64,000 nt of DNA from Escherichia coli (GCF_030013595.1 NZ_CP122768.1); one strand, 5' to 3'. Shown: positions 10,364 to 20,393, numbered from the stretch's first letter. The notes: generated from the sequence alone by a model not told the origin. A program made the numbers and translations.

Positions 10364-11901
10364 TGGCAATCACTAAATCAACTCCGGCACCATTAACCGG
10401 TGGGACGTTATGGTGCGTCACTATTGCATTGTCATTAGCGACGTTTATGCAAATGTTGGATTCCACTATTTCTAACGTCGCAATACCGACAATATCTGGC
10501 TTTCTGGGAGCATCAACAGACGAAGGCACCTGGGTTATCACTTCGTTTGGCGTAGCAAATGCCATTGCGATCCCTGTTACCGGCAGGCTGGCACAAAGAA
10601 TAGGCGAATTAAGATTATTTTTACTTTCAGTCACTTTTTTTTCGCTGTCTTCCTTAATGTGTAGCCTATCGACCAATCTTGATGTGCTGATATTTTTTAG
10701 AGTCGTTCAGGGGTTAATGGCGGGGCCGTTAATTCCACTGTCACAGAGTTTATTATTAAGGAATTATCCGCCAGAAAAAAGAACATTTGCTTTGGCATTA
10801 TGGTCAATGACCGTAATTATCGCTCCGATATGTGGGCCGATATTGGGCGGCTATATTTGCGATAACTTTAGCTGGGGTTGGATATTTTTAATCAATGTCC
10901 CTATGGGGATTATCGTCCTGACATTATGCTTAACCTTACTTAAAGGAAGAGAAACTGAGACTTCACCGGTCAAAATGAATCTACCAGGACTGACCCTGTT
11001 AGTGCTCGGTGTTGGTGGCTTGCAAATTATGCTCGATAAAGGGCGCGATCTGGATTGGTTCAACTCGAGTACAATAATAATACTAACAGTAGTGTCAGTT
11101 ATTTCTCTGATCTCTTTAGTCATTTGGGAGTCGACCTCAGAGAATCCGATTCTTGACCTCAGTTTGTTTAAGTCCCGTAATTTCACCATTGGTATTGTGA
11201 GTATCACATGCGCGTATTTATTTTACTCTGGGGCAATAGTCCTTATGCCGCAATTACTCCAGGAAACGATGGGGTATAATGCGATATGGGCCGGACTTGC
11301 CTATGCGCCCATCGGCATCATGCCGCTATTAATATCACCTTTGATAGGACGTTATGGCAACAAAATTGATATGCGGTTATTGGTGACATTTAGTTTTTTA
11401 ATGTATGCGGTTTGCTATTACTGGCGTTCTGTGACATTTATGCCAACGATTGATTTTACAGGCATCATTTTGCCACAGTTTTTCCAGGGATTCGCCGTTG
11501 CCTGTTTCTTTTTACCCTTAACAACGATTTCGTTTTCAGGGTTGCCAGATAATAAATTTGCCAATGCCTCGAGTATGAGTAATTTTTTTCGTACCTTGTC
11601 AGGATCAGTTGGTACGTCGTTGACAATGACGCTGTGGGGACGACGCGAATCGTTACACCATAGTCAGTTGACAGCAACCATCGATCAATTTAACCCCGCG
11701 TTTAATTCATCGTCACAAATTATGGATAAATACTATGGTTCGCTTTCAGGAGTTCTTAATGAAATTAATAGTGAAATAACCCAGCAGTCACTTTCTATTT
11801 CTGCAAATGAGATTTTCCGTATGGCGGCTATTGCTTTTATCTTACTTACGGTTTTGGTTTGGTTTGCGAAACCGCCGTTTACAGCGAAAGGCGTTGGGTG
11901 A
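10363..11901 (+). CDS. emrY: MFS multidrug efflux pump EmrY (EmrB family, 14 TMS)
   Basis: 512-aa polytopic membrane ORF; synteny evgAS-emrKY. Confidence 0.9.
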   Translation: MAITKSTPAPLTGGTLWCVTIALSLATFMQMLDSTISNVAIPTISGFLGASTDEGTWVITSFGVANAIAIPVTGRLAQRIGELRLFLLSVTFFSLSSLMCSLSTNLDVLIFFRVVQGLMAGPLIPLSQSLLLRNYPPEKRTFALALWSMTVIIAPICGPILGGYICDNFSWGWIFLINVPMGIIVLTLCLTLLKGRETETSPVKMNLPGLTLLVLGVGGLQIMLDKGRDLDWFNSSTIIILTVVSVISLISLVIWESTSENPILDLSLFKSRNFTIGIVSITCAYLFYSGAIVLMPQLLQETMGYNAIWAGLAYAPIGIMPLLISPLIGRYGNKIDMRLLVTFSFLMYAVCYYWRSVTFMPTIDFTGIILPQFFQGFAVACFFLPLTTISFSGLPDNKFANASSMSNFFRTLSGSVGTSLTMTLWGRRESLHHSQLTATIDQFNPAFNSSSQIMDKYYGSLSGVLNEINSEITQQSLSISANEIFRMAAIAFILLTVLVWFAKPPFTAKGVG

Positions 11902-12008
11902 TGGTAAAAGCAGGGGGTTATAGCGGGTAAGACCGGGGATCTTAAGTCTGCGCCATCGGCAGCATCGCTCACCCAGGGAAAGGATGGCGATGCTGCATTG
12001 AAAATTAA

Positions 12009-13337
12009 TTAGCGGCCTTTTGCCAGATATTGCTCCATCTCTTCTTCCGGCACCATTCCACCTCCCGTCGCCCACACCAGATGAGTGGCATTACGCAGTT
12101 GTTCTGCGCTGAAACCGTGCATCTGTTGGTAACTTACTGATGCGCACACGCGCTGAGGCCCGGCCATACCCGCCAGTGCCGAAGGTTCAAGACGAATACC
12201 TTCTTCCTGCGCCAGCCAGCCAAGCATGTCATACATGGTTTGATCGCTAAGGGTATAGAAGCCATCCAGTAGACGCTCCATTGCCCGCCCGACAAAGCCT
12301 GATGCGCGACCAACTGCAAGGCCATCCGCTGCGGTAAGGTTGTCGATACCAATATCCTGAACAGAAATCTGATCGTGTAATCCTGTATGGACGCCTAACA
12401 GCATACAAGGGGAGTGCGTTGGTTCGGCAAAAAAGCAGTGAACATGATCGCCAAATGCCAGTTTAAGCCCGAATGCGACGCCACCAGGACCACCGCCAAC
12501 ACCACACGGCAGATAGACAAACAGAGGGTTATCAGCATCGACAATACGACCTTGCTCGGCAAATTGCGCTTTAAGACGCTGGCCTGCGACGGAATACCCA
12601 AGGAACAACGTGCGGGAATTCTCGTCATCAATAAAGAAACAGTTCGGGTCAGACTGCGCTGCTTTACGTCCTTCCTCGACTGCAACACCATAATCTTGCT
12701 CATATTCCACGACCGTAACGCCATGGCTGCGCAGTTTCGCTTTTTTCCATGCCCGGGCATCAGAAGACATATGTACTGTCACCTTAAAGCCAATGCGGGC
12801 GCTCATAATGCCGATTGATAACCCCAGATTTCCGGTTGAGCCCACAGCAATGCTGTATTGGCTAAAGAACTGTTTAAACTCCGGAGAAAGCAGTTTGCTG
12901 TAGTCATCTTCAGGCGTCAGCAACCCCGCTTCCAGAGCCAGTTTTTCTGCATGTGCCAGGACTTCATAAATCCCGCCGCGTGCTTTTATGGAGCCGGAAA
13001 TGGGCAAATGGCTATCTTTTTTCAGTAGCAGTTGCCCGCTGATCGGTTGTTGATATTCCTTTTCCAGCCGTTTTTGCATAGCCGGAATGGCAACCAGTTC
13101 TGATTCAATAATCCCCCCAGTCGCAGCAGTTTCAGGAAATGCTTTTGCCAGATAGGGTGCAAAACGGGATAAGCGCGCATGGGCGTCCTGAACATCCTGT
13201 TCGGTCAGGCCAACATAAGGTAAACCTTCAGCCAATGAGGTCGTGCCAGGATTAAACCAGGTGGTTTCTTTAAGAGCAACCAGATCCTTTACCAACGGAT
13301 ACTGGGCGATGAGCGAGTTCATTTTAGCGTTTTCCAT
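12009..13337 (-). CDS. dsdA: D-serine ammonia-lyase (D-serine dehydratase, PLP-dependent)
   Basis: 442-aa [34 protein letters not shown]... with PLP-lysine motif SGSIKARGG. Confidence 0.9.
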   Translation of the reverse strand: MENAKMNSLIAQYPLVKDLVALKETTWFNPGTTSLAEGLPYVGLTEQDVQDAHARLSRFAPYLAKAFPETAATGGIIESELVAIPAMQKRLEKEYQQPISGQLLLKKDSHLPISGSIKARGGIYEVLAHAEKLALEAGLLTPEDDYSKLLSPEFKQFFSQYSIAVGSTGNLGLSIGIMSARIGFKVTVHMSSDARAWKKAKLRSHGVTVVEYEQDYGVAVEEGRKAAQSDPNCFFIDDENSRTLFLGYSVAGQRLKAQFAEQGRIVDADNPLFVYLPCGVGGGPGGVAFGLKLAFGDHVHCFFAEPTHSPCMLLGVHTGLHDQISVQDIGIDNLTAADGLAVGRASGFVGRAMERLLDGFYTLSDQTMYDMLGWLAQEEGIRLEPSALAGMAGPQRVCASVSYQQMHGFSAEQLRNATHLVWATGGGMVPEEEMEQYLAKGR

Positions 13338-13354
13338 AGTACGTCTCTTTGCGC

Positions 13355-13573
13355 TTAGATGATAAATGACAGCAGGAATGTGCCCGCCAGAGCGACGACT
13401 GAAGCGATAAATGTCGCGGTCGTATAGTATTTAAATGTTTCATTGAGCGTAGCGCCGCAATATTGCTTCACCAGCCAGAAAAGCGAGTCCGTAACGATCG
13501 TGCAGCCAATCGCACCTGAACCGATAGCAATCGCAATAATTTCCGGGCTGATGTCGGGATACAGCGGCAGCAC
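13355..13573 (-). pseudogene. dsdX: 3' remnant of D-serine permease gene dsdX (GntP family), truncated by the csc island
   Basis: 72-aa hydrophobic ORF immediately upstream of dsdA with no full-length permease; csc genes begin ~240 bp further on. Confidence 0.55.
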
Positions 13574-13815
13574 AATGATCCATATTTATATTTTCTTCTC
13601 CAGATTGGCGATGCCAGTTGGCATGTTTTACCTACTTGTCTACATGGTTACTCGTTGGCGAGAACAGAGGCGGAATTGGGTACAATTGTCCGGGAATTAT
13701 TGTTATTTTTTATTGTATTGCCGTGTCGGGTGATAGGGCGTCGAGAATATCGTTGGATCTCGCCAGTGACGTCTGTTTCTGCTACAGTGCCCGTTTTACG
13801 GCAAACGGCTTGGGT

Positions 13816-14811
13816 ATGGCTTCATTAAAGGATGTCGCACGCCTGGCGGGAGTGTCGATGATGACAGTCTCCCGGGTGATGCATAATGCAGAATCTGTGC
13901 GTCCTGCAACGCGTAACCGCGTATTGCAGGCAATCCAGACCCTGAATTATGTTCCTGATCTTTCCGCCCGTAAGATGCGCGCTCAAGGACGTAAGCCGTC
14001 GACTCTCGCCGTGCTGGCGCAGGACACGGCCACCACTCCTTTCTCTGTTGATATTCTGCTTGCCATTGAGCAAACCGCCAGCGAGTTTGGCTGGAATAGT
14101 TTTTTAATCAATATTTTTTCTGAAGATGACGCTGCCCGCGCGGCACGTCAGCTGCTTGCCCACCGTCCGGATGGCATTATCTATACTACAATGGGGCTGC
14201 GACATATCACGCTGCCTGAGTCTCTGTATGGTGAAAATATTGTATTGGCGAACTGTGTGGCGGATGACCCAGCGTTACCCAGTTATATCCCTGATGATTA
14301 CACTGCACAATATGAATCAACACAGCATTTGCTCGCGGCGGGCTATCGTCAACCGTTATGCTTCTGGCTACCGGAAAGTGCGTTGGCAACAGGGTATCGT
14401 CGGCAGGGATTTGAGCAGGCCTGGCGTGATGCTGGACGAGATCTGGCTGAGGTGAAACAATTTCACATGGCAACAGGTGATGATCACTACACCGATCTCG
14501 CAAGTTTACTCAATGCCCACTTCAAATCGGGCAAACCAGATTTTGATGTTCTGATATGTGGTAACGATCGCGCAGCCTTTGTGGCTTATCAGGTTCTTTT
14601 GGCGAAGGGGGTACGTATCCCGAAGGATGTCGCCGTAATGGGCTTTGATAATCTGGTTGGCGTCGGGCATCTGTTTTTACCGCCGCTGACCACAATTCAG
14701 CTTCCACATGACATTATCGGGCGGGAAGCTGCATTGCATATTATTGAAGGTCGTGAAGGGGGAAGAGTGACGCGGATCCCTTGCCCGCTGTTGATCCGTT
14801 GTTCCACCTGA
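13816..14811 (+). CDS. cscR: LacI-family sucrose operon repressor CscR
   Basis: N-terminal HTH MASLKDVARLAGVSMMTVSRVMHN... plus periplasmic-binding-protein-like sugar-binding core; start set at internal ATG 13816. Confidence 0.8.
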   Translation: MASLKDVARLAGVSMMTVSRVMHNAESVRPATRNRVLQAIQTLNYVPDLSARKMRAQGRKPSTLAVLAQDTATTPFSVDILLAIEQTASEFGWNSFLINIFSEDDAARAARQLLAHRPDGIIYTTMGLRHITLPESLYGENIVLANCVADDPALPSYIPDDYTAQYESTQHLLAAGYRQPLCFWLPESALATGYRRQGFEQAWRDAGRDLAEVKQFHMATGDDHYTDLASLLNAHFKSGKPDFDVLICGNDRAAFVAYQVLLAKGVRIPKDVAVMGFDNLVGVGHLFLPPLTTIQLPHDIIGREAALHIIEGREGGRVTRIPCPLLIRCST

Positions 14812-14818
14812 TATTATG

Positions 14819-16252
14819 TTAACCCAGTTGCCAGAGTGCTCCATGTTGCAGCACAGCCACTCCGTGGGAGGCATAGAGCGACAGTTCCCGTTCTTCTGGC
14901 TGCGGATATATTCGGCTACTCATCACCGCCTCCCCGTCGTTAATAAATACTTCCACGGATGATGTATCGATAAATATCCTTAGGGCGAGCATGTCACCCT
15001 GCGGGAGGGGAATACTACGGTAGCCATCTAAATTCTCGTGTGGGTAATACCGCCACAAAACAAGTCGCTCAGATTGGTTATCAATATACAGCCGCATTCC
15101 AGCGCCGAGCTGTAATCCGTAATGTTCGGCATCACTGTTCTTCAGCGCCCACTGCAACTGAATCTCAACTGCTTGCGCGTTTTCCTGCAAAACATATTTA
15201 TTGCTGATTGTGCGGGGAGAGATAGATTGATGCTGCTGGCGTAACGACTCAGCTTCGTGTACCGGGCGTTGTAGGAGTTTGCCATTGCTCTCTGATAGCT
15301 CGCGCGCCAGCGTCATGCAGCCTGCCCAGCCTTCACGTTTTGAGGGCATTGGCGATTCCCACATATCCATCCAGCCGATAACAATACGCCGACCATCCTT
15401 CGCTACAAAGCTTTGTGGTGCATAAAAGTCATGCCCGTTATCAAGTTCAGTAAAATGCCCGGATTGTGCAAAAAGTCGTCCTGGCGACCACATTCCGGGT
15501 ATTACGCCACTTTGAAAGCGATTTCGATAACTGTATCCCTCGGCATTCATTCCCTGCGGGGAAAACATCAGATAATGCTGATCGCCAAGGCTGAAAAAGT
15601 CCGGACATTCCCACATATAGCTTTCACCCGCATCAGCGTGGGCCAGTACGCGATCGAAAGTCCATTCACGCAATGAACTGCCGCGATAAAGCAGGATCTG
15701 CCCCGTGTTGCCTGGGTCTTTCGCCCCGACTACCATCCACCATGTGTCGGCTTCACGCCACACTTTAGGATCGCGGAAGTGCATGATGCCTTCTGGTGGA
15801 GTGAGGATCACACCCTGTTTCTCGAAATGAATACCATCCCGACTGGTAGCCAGACATTGTACTTCGCGAATTGCATCGTCATTACCTGCACCATCGAGCC
15901 AGACGTGTCCGGTGTAGATAAGTGAGAGGACACCATTGTCATCGACAGCACTACCTGAAAAACACCCGTCTTTGTCATTCTCGTCTCCTGGCGCTAGCGC
16001 AATAGGCTCATGCTGCCAGTGGATCATATCGTCGCTGGTGGCATGTCCCCAGTGCATTGGCCCCCAGTGTTCGCTCATCGGGTGATGTTGATAAAACGCG
16101 TGATAACGATCGTTAAACCAGATCAGGCCGTTTGGATCGTTCATCCACCCGGCAGGAGGCGCGAGGTGAAAATGGGGATAGAAAGTGTTACCTCGGCGCT
16201 CGTGAAGTTTTGCTAGTGCGTTTTGCGCCGCATGCAATCGAGATTGCGTCAT
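14819..16252 (-). CDS. cscA: Sucrose-6-phosphate hydrolase / invertase CscA (GH32)
   Basis: GH32 signature WMNDPNGL near N-terminus; ~477 aa. Confidence 0.85.
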   Translation of the reverse strand: MTQSRLHAAQNALAKLHERRGNTFYPHFHLAPPAGWMNDPNGLIWFNDRYHAFYQHHPMSEHWGPMHWGHATSDDMIHWQHEPIALAPGDENDKDGCFSGSAVDDNGVLSLIYTGHVWLDGAGNDDAIREVQCLATSRDGIHFEKQGVILTPPEGIMHFRDPKVWREADTWWMVVGAKDPGNTGQILLYRGSSLREWTFDRVLAHADAGESYMWECPDFFSLGDQHYLMFSPQGMNAEGYSYRNRFQSGVIPGMWSPGRLFAQSGHFTELDNGHDFYAPQSFVAKDGRRIVIGWMDMWESPMPSKREGWAGCMTLARELSESNGKLLQRPVHEAESLRQQHQSISPRTISNKYVLQENAQAVEIQLQWALKNSDAEHYGLQLGAGMRLYIDNQSERLVLWRYYPHENLDGYRSIPLPQGDMLALRIFIDTSSVEVFINDGEAVMSSRIYPQPEERELSLYASHGVAVLQHGALWQLG

Positions 16253-16285
16253 TTTAATCATCCTGGTTAAGCAAATTTGGTGAAT

Positions 16286-16298
16286 TGTTAACGTTAAC
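16286..16298. promoter_or_regulatory. Candidate CscR operator copy 1 (TGTTAACGTTAAC, palindromic core GTTAACGTTAAC)
   Basis: Perfect 12-bp palindrome, present twice in the cscA/cscKB divergent intergenic region. Confidence 0.45.
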
Positions 16299-16349
16299 TT
16301 TTATAAAAATAAAGTCCCTTACTTTCATAAATGCGATGAATATCACAAA

Positions 16350-16362
16350 TGTTAACGTTAAC
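16350..16362. promoter_or_regulatory. Candidate CscR operator copy 2 (TGTTAACGTTAAC)
   Basis: Identical 13-mer 64 bp from copy 1. Confidence 0.45.
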
Positions 16363-16467
16363 TATGACGTTTTGTGATCGAATATGCATGTTTTAGTAAA
16401 TCCATGACGATTTTGCGAAAAAGAGGTTTATCACTATGCGTAAGTCAGATGAATTTAAGGGAAAAAA

Positions 16468-17382
16468 ATGTCAGCCAAAGTATGGGTTTTAGGGGATGCG
16501 GTCGTAGATCTCTTGCCAGAATCAGACGGGCGGCTACTGCCTTGTCCTGGCGGCGCGCCAGCTAACGTTGCGGTGGGAATCGCCAGATTAGGCGGAACAA
16601 GTGGGTTTATAGGTCGGGTCGGTGATGATCCTTTTGGTGCGTTAATGCAAAGAACGCTGCTAACTGAGGGTGTCGATATCACGTATCTGAAGCAAGATGA
16701 ATGGCACCGGACATCCACGGTGCTTGTCGATCTGAATGATCAAGGAGAACGTTCATTTACGTTTATGGTCCGCCCCAGTGCCGATCTTTTTTTAGAGACG
16801 ACAGACTTGCCCTGCTGGCGACATGGCGAATGGTTACATCTCTGTTCAATTGCGTTGTCTGCCGAGCCTTCGCGTACCAGCGCATTTACTGCGATGACGG
16901 CGATCCGGCATGCCGGAGGTTTTGTCAGCTTCGATCCCAATATTCGTGAAGATCTATGGCAAGACGAGCATTTGCTCCGCTTGTGTTTGCGGCAGGCGCT
17001 ACAACTGGCGGATGTCGTCAAGCTCTCGGAAGAAGAATGGCGACTTATCAGTGGAAAAACACAGAACGATCGGGATATATGCGCGCTGGCAAAAGAGTAT
17101 GAGATCGCCATGCTGTTGGTGACTAAAGGTGCAGAAGGGGTGGTGGTCTGTTATCGAGGACAAGTTCACCATTTTGCTGGAATGTCTGTGAATTGTGTCG
17201 ATAGTACTGGGGCGGGAGATGCGTTCGTTGCCGGGTTACTCACAGGTCTGTCCTCTACGGGGTTATCTACAGATGAGAGAGAAATGCGACGAATTATTGA
17301 TCTTGCTCAACGTTGCGGAGCGCTTGCAGTAACGGCGAAAGGGGCGATGACAGCGCTGCCATGTCGACAAGAACTGGAATAG
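16468..17382 (+). CDS. cscK: Fructokinase CscK (PfkB/ribokinase family)
   Basis: 304-aa ORF MSAKVWVLGDAVVDLLPE... with C-terminal GAGDAF motif. Confidence 0.85.
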   Translation: MSAKVWVLGDAVVDLLPESDGRLLPCPGGAPANVAVGIARLGGTSGFIGRVGDDPFGALMQRTLLTEGVDITYLKQDEWHRTSTVLVDLNDQGERSFTFMVRPSADLFLETTDLPCWRHGEWLHLCSIALSAEPSRTSAFTAMTAIRHAGGFVSFDPNIREDLWQDEHLLRLCLRQALQLADVVKLSEEEWRLISGKTQNDRDICALAKEYEIAMLLVTKGAEGVVVCYRGQVHHFAGMSVNCVDSTGAGDAFVAGLLTGLSSTGLSTDEREMRRIIDLAQRCGALAVTAKGAMTALPCRQELE

Positions 17383-17453
17383 TGAGAATTAAACGGCGAA
17401 GTCGCTCTTATCTCTAAATAGGACGTGAATTTTTTAACGACAGGCAGGTAATT

Positions 17454-18701
17454 ATGGCACTGAATATTCCATTCAGAAATGCGTACTATCGTTTGGCATC
17501 CAGTTACTCATTTCTCTTTTTTATTTCCTGGTCGCTGTGGTGGTCGTTATACGCTATTTGGCTGAAAGGACATCTAGGATTAACAGGGACGGAATTAGGT
17601 ACACTTTATTCGGTCAACCAGTTTACCAGCATTCTATTTATGATGTTCTACGGCATCGTTCAGGATAAACTCGGTCTGAAGAAACCGCTCATCTGGTGTA
17701 TGAGTTTCATTCTGGTCTTGACCGGACCGTTTATGATTTACGTTTATGAACCGTTACTGCAAAGCAATTTTTCTGTAGGTCTAATTCTGGGGGCGCTCTT
17801 TTTTGGCCTGGGGTATCTGGCGGGATGCGGTTTGCTTGACAGCTTCACCGAAAAAATGGCGCGAAATTTTCATTTCGAATATGGAACAGCGCGCGCCTGG
17901 GGATCTTTTGGCTATGCTATTGGCGCGTTCTTTGCCGGTATATTTTTTAGTATCAGTCCCCATATCAACTTCTGGTTGGTCTCGCTATTTGGCGCTGTAT
18001 TTATGATGATCAACATGCGTTTTAAAGATAAGGATCACCAGTGCATAGCGGCGGATGCGGGAGGGGTAAAAAAAGAGGATTTTATCGCAGTTTTCAAGGA
18101 TCGAAACTTCTGGGTTTTCGTCATATTTATTGTGGGGACGTGGTCTTTCTATAACATTTTTGATCAACAACTCTTTCCTGTCTTTTATGCAGGTTTATTC
18201 GAATCACACGATGTAGGAACGCGCCTGTATGGTTATCTCAACTCATTCCAGGTGGTACTCGAAGCGCTGTGCATGGCGATTATTCCTTTCTTTGTGAATC
18301 GGGTAGGGCCAAAAAATGCATTACTTATCGGTGTTGTGATTATGGCGTTGCGTATCCTTTCCTGCGCGTTGTTCGTTAACCCCTGGATTATTTCATTAGT
18401 GAAGCTGTTACATGCCATTGAGGTTCCACTTTGTGTCATATCCGTCTTCAAATACAGCGTGGCAAACTTTGATAAGCGCCTGTCGTCGACGATCTTTCTG
18501 ATTGGTTTTCAAATTGCCAGTTCGCTTGGGATTGTGCTGCTTTCAACGCCGACTGGGATACTCTTTGACCACGCAGGCTACCAGACAGTTTTCTTCGCAA
18601 TTTCGGGTATTGTCTGCCTGATGTTGCTATTTGGCATTTTCTTCCTGAGTAAAAAACGCGAGCAAATAGTTATGGAAACGCCTGTACCTTCAGCAATATA
18701 G
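17454..18701 (+). CDS. cscB: Sucrose:H+ symporter CscB (LacY-like MFS)
   Basis: 415-aa 12-TMS ORF; downstream of cscK. Confidence 0.85.
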   Translation: MALNIPFRNAYYRLASSYSFLFFISWSLWWSLYAIWLKGHLGLTGTELGTLYSVNQFTSILFMMFYGIVQDKLGLKKPLIWCMSFILVLTGPFMIYVYEPLLQSNFSVGLILGALFFGLGYLAGCGLLDSFTEKMARNFHFEYGTARAWGSFGYAIGAFFAGIFFSISPHINFWLVSLFGAVFMMINMRFKDKDHQCIAADAGGVKKEDFIAVFKDRNFWVFVIFIVGTWSFYNIFDQQLFPVFYAGLFESHDVGTRLYGYLNSFQVVLEALCMAIIPFFVNRVGPKNALLIGVVIMALRILSCALFVNPWIISLVKLLHAIEVPLCVISVFKYSVANFDKRLSSTIFLIGFQIASSLGIVLLSTPTGILFDHAGYQTVFFAISGIVCLMLLFGIFFLSKKREQIVMETPVPSAI

Positions 18702-19142
18702 ACGTAAACTTTTTCCGGTTGTTGTCGATATCTCCATATCCCTCAACCGGAAAATAATAATACAAAAATGCTTAGCCCAACTAATAATCACCTAATCCAA
18801 ACGCCTCATTCATGTTCTGGTACAGTCGCTCAAATGTACTCCGGATACGCGGTTCGCTGATTTCCAGGACATTGTCGTCATTCAGCGACCTGTCCCGAGT
18901 ATCACGGGCCTGCGAATTCATCAAGGAATGCATTGCAGAGTGAAGTATCGAGTCACGCCATATTTCGCTATCAGGATTCTGTATGATGGTTACATCGCCC
19001 GGCCCAGGGCTGTTTAGTCATCAGCGCTTTCTGACAGTGCTGAGATTTCAACCTGTTGCAGTAAAAATGAGTAGATATAGGGCAAGTGTGCTGCCAAACC
19101 CATCTTTTACGGGGTGAAGGTAGATTTGGTTTGAAGGGTATC

Positions 19143-19157
19143 TGGTGTCCCCTGCAG
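19143..19157. repeat. Prophage attL core: 15-bp direct repeat of the argW 3' end (tggtgtcccctgcag)
   Basis: Exact 15-bp copy of the tRNA 3' terminus found at 58665..58679; phage genes lie between the two copies. Confidence 0.7.
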
Positions 19158-19230
19158 ACATCTACTTGAGGCGGCAGGGGATTGATTGGAATGGTGTTTT
19201 TTAGATGTGAAAAATATTTTACCCGCTATT

Positions 19231-19431
19231 TTACCCATTGGCGCGGCTTAAGAGCTTATTTTTGAATTCACAATGGTCACGATATAACCATCTTGCTCGC
19301 CCGTGGATAACTTTGGCTTTTGGCAGGTCGCCGGACTTAATCCGGTCATAGATGAAGGTTTTACCGAATCCAGTATCGGCCATGATGAATTTCAAATCAA
19401 CCAGTGAATCAGGCTGTAGTTCGTGTTGCAT
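19231..19431 (-). CDS. AlpA-family phage transcriptional regulator / putative excisionase
   Basis: 66-aa ORF with small HTH (…LKFIMADTGFGKTFIYDRIKSGDLPKAK…); adjacent to attL. Confidence 0.55.
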   Translation of the reverse strand: MQHELQPDSLVDLKFIMADTGFGKTFIYDRIKSGDLPKAKVIHGRARWLYRDHCEFKNKLLSRANG

Positions 19432-19473
19432 GAGTGCTATCTCCGAATAGGGAATCGAACCTGCAAATCAGGC

Positions 19474-19498
19474 AATAAAAAACCGCCATCAGGCGGCT
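19474..19498 (-). terminator. Rho-independent terminator (minus strand) between the zinc-ribbon gene and the AlpA-like gene
   Basis: GC hairpin aaccgcc/ggcgg followed by a T-run on the minus strand. Confidence 0.5.
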
Positions 19499-19562
19499 TG
19501 GTGTTCTTTCAGTTCTTCAATTCGAATATTGGTTACATTGTTTTAATATATGAATAAATAAA

Positions 19563-19775
19563 TTAGCTTTTTTCGTTGCCTTCGCGTTCTTTATTAATTT
19601 TAACAAACTCGTTTTTACCACGCTCTCCAAATGCGTCTTTAGAGTCGTTGTATCCGCAATCGCAGCACACATAATCACCAGACCATCCACGCATTGTTTT
19701 TTCTTTTGCAATATTTCCAGAACCGCATTTTGGACAAGACATATCACTACCTCCAAAGCATGAGTGAGATGACAA
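19563..19775 (-). CDS. Small zinc-ribbon protein (CPKC...CCDC)
   Basis: 70-aa ORF with two Cys pairs; the overlapping 126-aa ORF in another frame was judged less likely. Confidence 0.4.
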   Translation of the reverse strand: MSSHSCFGGSDMSCPKCGSGNIAKEKTMRGWSGDYVCCDCGYNDSKDAFGERGKNEFVKINKEREGNEKS

Positions 19776-19838
19776 CGTAACATTGATTGGAGATTAACAA
19801 TAGATTGCTGATGTAAAAGATATGTATAAGCTTCGCTT

Positions 19839-20393
19839 TCAAAGTGGAGGCTCTGGTAGCGGCATCCAGTGTGACGGCTCACATACCACCTCAACACCGT
19901 TCATGTAAAAGAATTGAAATAACCCTTTACCTTTGTGAAACCCTACCATCTGCTCTTTTGTGTCTGAACAATAAACCAAAACATCTTCTTCGTTTGGCAT
20001 CCACTCACTACAGCTTATCCAACCATCTGGAATTACCGGAGAGTTGCCCGACATCTCATTCAACTTGTAAGTCTGGCTTACAGGTTTGGCTTCCAGTTCT
20101 GCAATGCGCTTACCTCCATCCGCGATTACTCCCTCGTAATATTCACGCTGCTCGTTGAGTTTTGATTTTGCTTCCTCAAGCTCAACTCTCAGCTTCCCTA
20201 CCGTTAGCGCAATATCCTCGTTCTCCTGGTCACGGCGTTTGATGTATTGCTGGTTTCTTTCCCGTTCATCCAGCAGTTCCAGCACAATCGATGGTGTTAC
20301 CAATTCATGGAAAAGGTCTGCGTCAAATCCCCAGTCGTCATGCATTGCCTGCTCTGCCGCTTCACGCAGTGCCTGAGAGTTAATTTCGCTCAC
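19839..20393 (-). CDS. Prophage early protein, DUF551-like C-terminal domain
   Basis: 184 aa; C-terminal ...PDGWISCSEWMP...HWMPLPEPP resembles the DUF551 family common in lambdoid prophages (recalled). Confidence 0.45.
   Translation of the reverse strand: MSEINSQALREAAEQAMHDDWGFDADLFHELVTPSIVLELLDERERNQQYIKRRDQENEDIALTVGKLRVELEEAKSKLNEQREYYEGVIADGGKRIAELEAKPVSQTYKLNEMSGNSPVIPDGWISCSEWMPNEEDVLVYCSDTKEQMVGFHKGKGLFQFFYMNGVEVVCEPSHWMPLPEPPL

Noticed and set aside
11902-12008. Inverted repeat gcagcatcgc...gcgatgctgc between the convergent emrY and dsdA
   Set aside because: Probably a bidirectional terminator or REP-like element, but the 18-nt loop and absent T-run make a confident terminator call impossible.
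12134-12818. Several 72-134 aa ORFs overlapping dsdA on both strands
   Set aside because: All lie within the dsdA coding region; dsdA has the clear PLP-enzyme translation.
13443-13733. 96-aa plus-strand ORF at the dsdX/csc junction
   Set aside because: Overlaps the dsdX remnant antisense and runs through the junction; no ribosome-binding site and implausible composition.
19517-19897. 126-aa minus-strand ORF overlapping the zinc-ribbon ORF and the DUF551 gene
   Set aside because: The overlapping 70-aa frame has a coherent double CxxC zinc-ribbon pattern and the 126-aa frame does not; judged a shadow ORF.
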